DNA from: an uncultured Planctomycetia bacterium | GTDB lineage: Bacteria; Omnitrophota; Gorgyraeia; 2-02-FULL-51-18 | Reading direction: 5' to 3' | Assembly (NCBI GenBank): GCA_964642015.1 | Contig: CAZXLF010000008.1 | Coordinates: 18,705 to 82,704, forward strand | Length of the DNA stretch: 64,000 nt | Shown: positions 32,801 through 44,800 of the stretch, one piece after another | Position numbering within the stretch: position 1 is the stretch's first letter | Layout: each line of letters begins with the position of its first letter | Program-made: the position numbers and the translations under genes | The notes under the pieces: model-generated | Database searches by the model: none | Told to the model about the DNA's origin: nothing | Seen by the model: only the letters and a program-made list of their open reading frames with translations

Positions 32801-35800
32801 GAAGGGCACAGATGGAACATATTCCCGATTATAAGGCAACTCAACCAAAGAAGCGGAACTTTGAATCCCAGGTCTTTCCGGATTAAGAATATCTTCTCCG
32901 GTACGAGGTAATTGAGTCACAAACAGTCTCAAATCCCTTGTATTAGGCAATTCCTTGCCTGCCAAACGAGCTCCCTGGATCGTAATAAGGTACCCTTGGA
33001 CTCGGACCAAGATGCGCTGATTCTGAGTATCCACTTCTACAAGCGATCCTAATCCTGGAGCGGATAAAAGCTGGCGTCCCAATTCCTCAAGAGACAATGC
33101 TTGAGGGGCAGAGGCAGCGATCTGCTGTATTTGATCTACGGCTTCATTGATGCGGACCCGGGAGATCGCCGGCTCATAAACTTTTCTTTCATATTCCGCG
33201 GCTCTTGAGTTCCATGAATCGTCATATTTAGCAGCCTGCTCGATCAACTGATTCCATTCAGGAGTCTTGTTCCAATAAATATTCGCCGCCTGGTTGACCG
33301 CTTGCAAAAGAGACCTAATCCTTTGATCGCGCGGTTGATTCGGATGAAAAGGTTCATAAGGAAAACCTACTCCGTTCCACTGATCAAAAAAGTCTTTCAA
33401 GCCTCCTGTCTTTGGTGCGATCACAGGTGTACCAAATTTATTCGCTATCTGTTGCGCAATACCCGCAGGCTCAAAATGAGAAGGCATTAAATAAGCGTCG
33501 ACGGAAGCATATAAACGCTGAGCGATCTTATGATCAAATCCGACAAGCACCGTCAAAACATCCGGATACCTCTTTGCCAATTCGACCAACTTGCTCTCGA
33601 TCGCTTGGCCTTCCGTATCGCCTTCCGTTGCGGATCCCTGGATCACAAGTCGGACTCTCTGCCCTTCTGCGCCTCGAACACCGCGCAACGCTTCCAATGT
33701 GCCTTCGTCGATATCGCCGTAACCTTTCTGTCCTGTAAATCGTCCGACACTGCCAATGACAAGATCCTTCAAAAATTCCGACTCAGGAACATGCTGCAGA
33801 CCGCCATTGACCACTTTCAATTTAGAAGTATTTATTCCTTCGCCCGAATTTATCTGCCGATAAAATGCCGTTTTATTTTGGAGATGGGCAGCGACCGCTT
33901 CTTCGGGAGTAAATTGTCTATAGCGAATATGGTCGTTATCTCCTGCCAACGCCGGTTCTGAAGAGGGCGGATGAGCTCCGCCGCCATTGAAGACCGCTAT
34001 CGTTTTACCTTCATCTCTCATGCGCTGGACCATTCCTTCAAATCCAAACGCGGTGCCTCCCTCTTGCGCTGACTTCGTCAACTCGGACAGATTGCCTTCG
34101 CTGACAGCCACAAGACTATCTGCGCCCAATAAAAATCCTTTGCCCAGAGAGATTTTATGTCCCGAAGTATTGTTACGATAATATTCAAGGCCATTATGCG
34201 TGTCAGTCACAAGTTTTGCTTCCAGATTTAATAAATTAGAAGAAGGGTTCTCATCGTGTATCACTTGCGCGATCGTTTGCCCGTTTCTTTCAAATAGGTC
34301 TACTCCGGGTTCCAGAACATGGTCTCTCACCAATTTTTGGATCAATTCATCATTCGGATTCACCAAAAGATAACCATTGAATACACCTTGATAAGCCATA
34401 TTGTGAGTGATATAAACTACGGCTGTTTTCGGAAATTGGCTGGCATAATTGTTCTTCGCATAGACGGGGATCAAGCCGGTTTGCCAATCGTTGGCATGGA
34501 TCACATCGACAGGCAATCCTAATTCGAACACCACTTTCGATAAAATTTCCGACTCGATCAAACCTCTCAAACTATCAGGTTCTTCATAAAGTTTCCTGAA
34601 AAGGATATTTTCCCGGTCTTCTAATAGATTATAGGTAACGCCGTTTCGCACAAAGGTCCTGACATCGATCTTCACAGAACCCCTTCCTACAGGGATCTCA
34701 AGCGTTTTCACCTGGCCTTCTTTGATCACTTTTCCAAAATTAGGCGCGATCAGGCTGACGCGATGTCCGCGCTGCGCAAGATTGACTGGCAGATTCTGAT
34801 TGTAATCAAACTGTCCGCCTGCTTTCGGCAATTCAGTTAGACCGCTTTCCATAGCTACGAATACAATGTTGCGCGGTGTTGTTGTTACATTTCCCACCGC
34901 CAATCGCGCACCACCCACCGTGACATTGGGTCTTTGTATGGATTCAAAGAATTCTTTGAGTTGGCGTTCATCTTTAAATTGAGTGATCGGGATCCCTATC
35001 CATGGATATAAAGGGTGGACGACCTCTACATAACTTGCAGGGACATTTGTCGCACGATAATCCCCATTGTCATCTCCGAGTTCTCCGCCGGGGCTGGGAG
35101 CATGCCAAACTGTCGGAGCAGTTTTAATGGCACGTAGTAAAAGGTCTCTCGAACCTTTTCCAAATTCGCTGTTTCGTATTTGATTGAACGCGTAAGAATC
35201 CGTGAAAAATATTGAGTCACGTCGTTCAGCGCCTTGAGGAATAAAGTTGATATCAAGCCCATGCTCTTTGATGCTTGCGAAATTTACAGAATTGGCGGCA
35301 TGTGAAATAAATTGGTCCAATTGATATTTCTTCGAAGCCGTATCCGAAATAGACGAAAGGAGTCCGTGAGCTCCAGGATTTGCTTCTTGATCGAGCGTTT
35401 GTAATCTTTGGCTGAGCGCCGCAGTAAGCGCATCATGGATCTGTTTTAATCTATCTTCGCGCGTTTGAGTGGGAACCAACGGACTTGTCAGCGGGAAATT
35501 CAACGGTTTACGCTGATAGAAAATTTGATCGCGATTAAGATATGCTAACGCGTAAAGACGACGGCGGGCACCTTCCACTTCGTCAGGATTTTTGAATTTA
35601 ACGATATTGTTAATATCTTGTGCGATGAGTCTATTGATGACTTCTCGAATAGAATCAATGACAAATCGATCCCATTCAGGCACATGCATGTAATATTGAT
35701 CCAGCGATGTAAATCTTGCCCATATCCAGTTATCGTTCGTCGATAAAAACTCGACCGCCGCCTGGATCGCAAGCTCACCTTCAGATGTGGCAGGGTTCTT

Positions 35801-38800
35801 AAAATTAAAGTTCATTTCGACGGGTTTTAACGCAGTGTTTGTCAACACGGCATATACAGGTAAAGACTTGGCTTCGGTCGGAGGAAGCGATTGCGCAAGT
35901 CTTGCTCCTTGAGCAGTTTTCTGCTCTTCCTGGGCCGTCCCTATTCGTTCCATCAGATGCAGCTCATAATCCTTAAGAGCCTTAAGATCCTGAAAAGCGA
36001 TGATTTGATTGTAGGATACTCTTGGTCCGTTCAAATAATCTGCCGGTGCTTTATTATTCCCAAACATCCATTTCACTTTTTCAAAATTCATATTATCCGA
36101 GTCTGCTTCAACCGGCCACATCACGATCTCACCAAGCAGCGTGTCTCCCGTCACGGGATTGCCGTTCGCATCTCTTAAACTAGATAATAATGGTTGGTTA
36201 TTTATATCTTTCCAATTGTTCTGCATCCTATTCCACATGGAGGATTCTTTAACCGGTTTTGCCATGGCATCATTCAGACTGGTATAAATTAAAGCCCATC
36301 CGGACACATTGCCCATTTTAATCGGCCGCGCGGCCAAGAGTTTATTCGAAGCCACCTCGGCCTTTCCGGTAAAATAAGTCACCATGCTGCCCGCTCTTAC
36401 AATAGAGCCTTGTTTCAAAGAACTGAATAATATCGCCACCAATCGATCTATAAGCACATTAATACCGATCAAAGAATTAAACATGGTCGAACTATTAGAC
36501 GCATCGACAGTAAGATGAAGGAAAGAACCGGATCTGCGGTTTTGCTCAAAGTGGAGCAGGTTATACAGAGCTTCGTACAAACTCCCATCAGCCGTCAAAA
36601 GCTTATGATAGATCTCAGCGGAACCGATATCGAAATAGATGGTTTGTCGCGGATCATGGTACGAAGTTACCAATTTCGGCAGGCTCTCCCCTTTTAAAAT
36701 ATTATAAACTTCCGTGTAAAAGTCTCCTTTGTCTGTACCTCGAACCGCGCCGCGTGAAGCCAGGTAAGCATCCAAATCGATACCGCTTCTGATCTTGAAA
36801 AAGTCTCTTGACGTATCCAACTCATAATTGAACTGATGTTGATCCAACAATTGTGTTAACTGATCCAAAGCAACGAGGAACGCTTTATATTCAGCCTTGT
36901 CGCTCGAAGTAACAAGTCCGTTGGCTGTATTCGCATTTAGCAATCTTCTATTATCTCCGCCGGACGCCTGTAATTCGGCTTTCACTTTGGCGTCAAGTTT
37001 TGGATTGGCGAGAATAGAATCTCTATCTTCCTTTTCACCAAAATACTCAACGCTGCCATCTTTCTCATTGGCGATAAAGAAACCCAAACGATTCTGCACA
37101 TCGTTCAGGGATTCAGGACTTGTAATGGCGTTCATACCATTTTTGATCTCATGTCTTCCTATATAGATAGTGTCTCCGGCCAACCAAACCAGGCCAGGCT
37201 GTTTGATAAATTTAAGCCCCTGGGTCAGTTGATAAGCGCCTTGCAAGGCGTAACTCATTACACTCTCGAGATCGCTCCCGTCACGCAAAAGAACAGGTAT
37301 CCTGACATTGTTGGTTTTATTACCCGGAAGAAACCGAGTTGATTGTCCGCCGGCCTGCAACACCACAATATTCAAGTCATCAAAAGTGAGTGACGGCTCT
37401 CGTTGTATTCTGTTGGCGAGTCTTGTCCAATATTGGTTTTTAGGATCATTCAGATCCAAAGTGCCTGCTTTTAGCTGATCAAATATCGCCTTGGCCTCTG
37501 AATATCCGCGGACCAGCATTCCTCCGTTACCGATGCCACGGCCGGGATTGGTGCTGATGAGAACCGGCACATCATTTCGGATAGCGCCTCTATTACCTAT
37601 CCTGCCGGCCCTCAGGGATTCCATGTAACTTTCATAAGATGTTTTTTGATCCTGATCCCATGCGGTCACAATGATCAGATCTGCAGAAGGCTCCGCATTT
37701 TTCATTTCACTATTAACAGCATTTTCTCTGAATTCCAGGGTTTTACGAAGCTGTTCAGAGTTTAAAGCCTCTTCATTCTGAGCCGTAAGGCGTGCACCGG
37801 CAGTCAACCTGATAAGCACAGTCTCAGAATTGTTCCCTTGAGGAATTGCATCGATGCCTGCATTATGGAAATCGTTTGAGATCCATTGCATGAGACGGTC
37901 AAAATTTACTCTGTGATCTATCGAGATGCTTCTGAAATTGCCTTCTAAAACATAATCTTCAAACTTCAAGAACAATTCTGAGTCCAGATGCCTAAGCGCC
38001 TTCAACATATTTGAAGTATGCTCAGGATGGGCCGGGTCTTCTACTAATTCGTAATCCGATGCTTTGACGTTCGCTAGCCTAATCGATAAAGTCCGGCTTG
38101 AATCGACGCTGGTAAGAATATTTGTATTTTGTGGATTTGGCGCATTATCTTGGAAATCTTCCACCCAATCCCTGAATTGACCGGCCGTAACATGTCTGTC
38201 GATATAAATTCCCGCAAGACCTTGACCCGCCATATAAGTATCGAAACGAGCCTTCAGCGCATCTTCCTGTTCTAAGGCGAATAAGACCGTCGCTGTATGT
38301 CTAGGATGAAAATTGTGTTCGTAAATATTATAATTAGCATGTGCTGATACAGGCTTGGTTACGCTCGGAGGAGTAAGGAATTTCATGGGCTTGGCATCGA
38401 TCCTTGTGAGACTAGCGGTCGTCTCCTGGATCGCTTTTTCCAAATAATTCAGCGCAACTTTGACCGTTTTTCCTTTCACATTTGAATCGCCGATCAGGAA
38501 TTTAAACCTGGCTAATGCTGAAGTTTGGTCTGTCATCGTGGGAAGAACTAAAGCGCCTGATTGAATATTTTCTTCAGTTAAAGTAACTGTCGGAGATTGG
38601 TTTGCATCGGCGATCCTTTTCAGAAACCACAGCATATCTCTTAAATTTTCCAGACTTTCTTTTTGCGGTTCAAAACGTGTGTAATCATTCCCTCGAGGCA
38701 CGGTGACATCCTGCATTTCAACAAGAGACCCGGCGATACCGCCCGCCAATAACGTCGGCACCAAAGCCTCGGGTTTTCCTGTCCCTGGAGGATTGGCTAC

Positions 38801-41800
38801 GAATCGGTGAGGTTCAAATCGGAGATTAACCAGTCTTCGGGTAGTAGCATAGATCCAATTCGTCCAACTTAATATGCTGTTGGAACGATTAAGACGATCC
38901 TCCGTGACCAAATCAGGGAGTAGTTCTTTTTGGAATTTACGGTCGTCTACAACATAATTGGCCGTATTGAAGAGCCCCTGCACCGTCATCACATCGCGGC
39001 TCCGGGATGAGAGACTGGTCCAAAATGAATCTTTTATCTCAAAACCTTCCACTAATCTTCTAGTCCACTGATGGATGCCTAGCTTTTGATATAATTTGAC
39101 CAACGGCTGCAAAAGCGCTACCCCTTTTACTTTCGATTGGAATTTTGTCTGAGCTCCTCCTTTTTGGCCTGGCACTTTAACTGCGGATTCCGTAATCAGC
39201 GACGACCCCGTTAATAACTGTATAGCGGCTATTTTAGGATCAACTGTAGCGGCTCTATTATCAACATTTGATATGAACCGGGTTGTGCGTCCCTGCTGAG
39301 AAAGATGTTCGGTCAAACCGGACAATGTCGGAAAAACCATCGACGCATCATGATTGTCAGGCCACTCCAAGGTTTCTTTATCAATTTCAGGATCTACGTT
39401 CCTTGTAAAATCACCAGTCTTTCGATCGTAAGTGCTCGTAGAAGGGATCAATGCCAAATAAATCACTGGGGCATCCGCATCCGAATGAGTATAAATATGG
39501 ATGTCCGGATCTAAACTGAGCACACTTTCATGTAGCCCAAACTGCTGTCTAACGGCTGGGTTCTGAAGCGCTGTACGTGGAACCTCGCGATATCCCATGC
39601 GCCGGATATCCGCGATCGTGTCTTCATTGGTAAAATGGCTCGTCAAAAGAACCAAAGGTATATTATTTTGGTTGGAACCGCTCTGATAAATACCTTTCTT
39701 CTTATAACTGCTATTCGCGGCAGCGATCTGAGCGACAGCTATTTCGTTGAATGTCCTTAAGCCGTGAGATAGAAGGTCAACAAAATAAGTGCCTTTGGCT
39801 TTATCGGTGAAATAAGGCTCATCTCCTTTGTTATATTGCCTCTGCCCGAATCGAAAACCTCTCCCCCCCGCACTGACTACGACATAAAATCTTTTCGCAA
39901 GCTCATTCCCTACCCGCGATAAAAACCTGCCGGTGACCCTGATCTCGGCATTTCCAAGATCCGTGATCTCATTTGCCATATGCTCTAGGCCTACTTCACG
40001 TAAATGTGCCACGGCTTCTCTATAACTGACCCGCAACACGGTCGTTTGTCTATCAGAATAAGGAAAATACACGGAGTCTCCCGATTCCGTGGAAGTGCCG
40101 GGTTTCCAATCAGCCACTTGATTTGAATCCTGCAAGACTGTATCGATATTATTCAGTAAGCTATTTTCATTGGTGGAGGTTGAACTGCTTGAAAAGTCTT
40201 GAGAGATCAGCTCCAGAAGATGCTGTCTATAGATAAGATCTCTCACTTGCAAGCCTAATTTTTCATCATGCTGAGGTCCGGACAATCTGGGATTCGGATC
40301 GGCGACCTTCTGCAATAGATTGTAGGCGTTGATAAATGTTCTGTTCCTTCCAAAATCCTGGGGCCTCGGATTATTCAATAAAGTATGATAAAAAACGTAA
40401 CCCAAATGCGCTTGCGCGATCTTTTTGTAATATTCGTTGTACGGTCTATCGGTTTGGATCTTTCGAGCGATCCTCAAATGTTCGCTGATACTTAATCCGC
40501 CGAATCCGCTGAATCCGAACATGAAAGAAGTAAAATAAGTCCTGGAAGATCTTAAGAAATTCTGCATTATATTGATGCGCTGCCGGTCACTCCGAATATA
40601 CTTCAGCGAATAGATCAGCTTCGACAATTCGCGGAACGATCTCGGATCCGATTTTTTGGCGAGGATCACTTCGATCCCGGGAGGGCCATGAATGGGTTGT
40701 GTATCGATATGATAAGCAGCGTTTATAAGTCCATCGACAACGATCTGCATATATTGAGCTTGTAAGTCGGCCGGAATTAATGAGTAATATTTTTCCAGAT
40801 CGTCCATGAAAACTTTTGAGATCTTAACGATTTTATTTTCGTTATCAGGATGTCTTAAGGTAGCATCCGGGGATGTAGCGCTGGCATCATCCAATACTTG
40901 AAAATCCACTTTTTTAGCGGCAAGGTTGGGGTCTTGATTCAGTCTCGCTGACAAATTATTTCTTAAATCCTGATAAAATACCTGATGCCCATAAAAACCG
41001 GCTGTTTCTCCCGGTTTATTTCTCAACAACACTCCCGCTACGGCCAGTCTTGCTCCACTGGGCTGTTCCAAAAACCCAAGATCCGGATGCAGCATATCCG
41101 CGATCGATTTTGCAGCAGCAGACGGGTTTTTCAGAGCTTCGAACGCTTGAGAATTTCCGGTGATGAGCACGCCGCCTGCTTGATCAGCGCCGTAGGTTAT
41201 AGGAAATTCCGGCGACATCGGTTTTTCATTCACCACTCCATAAACATAAAGCTTCACAGAACCGTCAGCCTGCCTGATCGCGGTCACGTCAAAAGCAATG
41301 CCGTGCGATTTTAATTGATCGACCTTCTTGTATCCTTCTTGAGCCAATTTTCTTACATCGGACGATTGTAAAACAATGACAGTCCTGGCATTTTCGACCG
41401 TCGGGTAATCCATTACTTTGCTGACCTGCACAGTATTATCGATCGTTTCGATCGGCTGAGTTTGAAACTCTTCTATAGGAGGATGCGTTGAGTTGGCCTG
41501 AAAATGTTGGTGATTCTTTACCGAAGAGCCGGCGCCGATCCCGTTGAATATGGTCGTAAATCCGGATTCTTTTGCGAAGTAGATCAAATCAATCAGGCTC
41601 GCCTGATCCAGATCCTGCGGCACTGCAACCTTGCTTGCGATCACAAAATGAAATGGGTCCGCTAAAAATGGATTCGCGACAACATTCCATTTTTTGCTGA
41701 TACCTGCCCATGAGAGGATGCGTTCAATGAGAGGCATGTTTCGAGGATCCAGCCTGTCAGCGGGATCTTGGGCTTTACCCATCAAGAAATGACGGTAAAA

Positions 41801-44800
41801 ATAAGCTGCTAGCAGATAAATTGTTCTTATATTGTATTGATTGATCAAACGGGGAATTTCTGGAGGAGAAGCAGATGTAACTAAACCTTGGGCTTTGCCT
41901 GAGAAATCAGCAAGACGCGCGACAAACGGCCCGGCTCTGACATCGATAATATTTTCGAGCTTATTCTGATCGATGAATCCTATCGCCCTTTGTTCATAAT
42001 GGATCGCCTTCAGTACATCACGCAGTGAATAAATATTCAAAAATTGCAACGCCTTAACCAGCAGATTTCCAGTGAAAGCATTGATACTGGCTATGTTCGC
42101 AGCGGTCGATTTTGTTTTTTCAACTGCAAGTCTGGCTCCAGCTGCTAGCTGCGATTCTCTATCGCGGCGTTGTCCAGCTATGTCTTCAACTAAAGCCTTA
42201 ATCACCGCGTCTTCCTTTAATTTATCTAATATAGCTACGTCTCCTTGAGAACGAAGAGCTTGGAGGTTCGTATATTGGGATTGCAAAGGCTTTAAAAAGT
42301 CAGCAATTTTTTTCGCTCTTTGGCTTTCAAGTATGGTTAAGGCCAATGATTTTTCTGTTTCAGCGCGATTTGCTCCGGGCGCCGACAAAGCACTCTCAAC
42401 TTTTTCTTTTAATCCTTCGGTATCCGAACCTAATTTCTCTCCCAAAATCGCCTCAGCCTGCAAATAGCGCCGGATGATCTTATGATCTGTTAAAGGCGGC
42501 TGTATTTGATCTCTAAGTTTTGCGGCTGCCGGCGCGCCAACGATCGGGACTTGCGCATTGTAATCAAAAGTCGGCGAAATTTTCTCAACGAAAACTCTCA
42601 GCCCTTCCAAAGTCATCGCCGCCATAAACTCGTTCGGATCCGAATGAGGCGTGACAAAAGCGAGCTGAACTGCTAACGGCTCACTCTGAGGCGATTCTAA
42701 CTGATAAGTATGTGTGATCAACCCGGAATACTCTTCGGAACTATGCACAACAAATTGCATAGATTGGTCCTGAAATATTTCTTTGAAAATATCATGAACG
42801 GCCTGAATCTGATCGTTCGAAAGAACATTAGGAGTCATAATATCAATATCTAAATCTTCTACCTTAGAGAGATCCGTGCGGCCATTTTGATCCATGGAGT
42901 CCCAAACGCTCCCCGAAATCTTAAATTGTGCGTTCGCGCTAAATTGTTTTGCGGCATCATCGAGCCGTTTTTGAAGCAACGCCGCATTGATCTGTGTGCC
43001 GTCTTCGGAGAATAATGCAGCCGGACTGACTTGTGCAAGCCGAGCGCCGGTTGGAGCTAATCTCGCTCCTGCAGTCCTATAGTTTTCATCGTAATAATTG
43101 ACGGTCTTAAAAGCCGCAGACTTGGCTTGACCCTCGTCTTCTTTATTTAAAACCAACAAATCAACGCGTTCTCGATCTGTCAGAGCGGCCCAAAGATTAT
43201 TTTGAACGGCCGTTTTGGCCACAGTTTTCGCCTCGTTTAAAGCAGGATTTTGATCAGCCTCTAACTGCCGTAAATTTGAAAGCTCCGCCCCAAGTTGTTC
43301 TGCAAGCACATGCGCGCGAGCCTCTTTTGAAAGGCTTTTTTTGGCTTCGCTGATTTCATAAGCAACAAGCTGATTCACAACCTCTTCCTTTGCTTTAGTG
43401 GCATCAAAGTTTTTAAGGTATAAGAAAGCGTTTTGCTCATCTGCTGAAATCTTGTCCCACAATATTCCGGCTAAATTATTTTTTGCTCCCTGCGCCGCTT
43501 GCTTTTCTGCTGGCAGTGCTGTTGGCTTGGCTGCAATGACTTCAAGCGCACGCAAATTCCTTAAATCTGCCTGGTGCTCAAGCCGTAGCCTTTCTAAAAC
43601 TGTCTGCTGAAATGCTTTTTGGATACGTTCAGCGGTTTTTTTCTGGCCTGCTGTAACCAATGATTGCACTTGTTTAAAAATGTCGGCCTTCGCTTTGGCC
43701 AAATCATCATTATTAGCTATCTTCAGAATATCGTTCCGATCAGCGAGAGAAAATGAATCCCATAGCGCATCAATCAAATTATTCCTAAAATTCCTGGCAT
43801 CATCTTTGGCGGTTGTAATACGGGTATTTAGATCCGCAAGCTGCGCTTCCAGTTCCGGTGACGTCCCTTGAGATGTAATGGCTGCTTGAACGGTTTTCAC
43901 TTGGCCAGCTAACTCTGGCGCAACCCTATCAAGTTCTTGAAGCCTGATAAAATCGGAACGACGGTCCGCCGCGAGACGAGAAATTGAAGGTTTGATGCGC
44001 GCAGAAAGTTCTCCTTGAGCGCGTTCTGCGCGTCCTTTTTGAGATAAAATGAGATACAAAGGACGGATAATAAGTGGGAACAGCATCGCGGCTATCACTA
44101 ATACTGTCATAACTATTTGTCCGGAAAGTATTGTGGTCAGCAATAAAACACCGCCTATGACCAGTGGGCCAAGAACGCCTCCCACATACGCATAAAGCAG
44201 CACGGCGTAAGCAAGATTAATAGATGGGATCACTACGTTCGTGACAAATCTCCCCGCGATCCCTAAATAGTCCCTGAATGAACTAGGCTGTTGAGAAGGT
44301 TCAATACGACGATAAGCCCCGCTCTCAGGTGAACGGTAATACCAGGCACCTAATTCCTTGAAATTACTCATAATCTGTTTCAATCCGCCGGCTAGATCCT
44401 TTTTCACGAAACCAAACCATTTCCTATATCCCACACCCCACGGAGTCGCGCCGGGACCGCTGAGTATCGGCGTAGCTCCCCAACTGATGACTGTAACAAT
44501 GAACAGCCCAGACCAGACCAAGGCGACGCTCTGCCATAAAACGGCTCCGATCACAATGACCGGTAGCATCATCGCGGATATGACTATTTGTTTCTGGAAC
44601 ATTGTCAGCGTCGACTCATTCAGGCCGAAATGCTGCAAGGCCCAGCCCTTAGGGCTCACGACAAATTCCGCGAGGCCTTTCAAGCCTTTGATCTGACCAA
44701 ATGCGTATAACGGAATATACGCGGTGAAAATAAAAGCCAACGCGGGGAACGCAAAAAGAAAGTAAAGGGTGCCTCGGACAAAACCCTTGTCGAGCCACAT

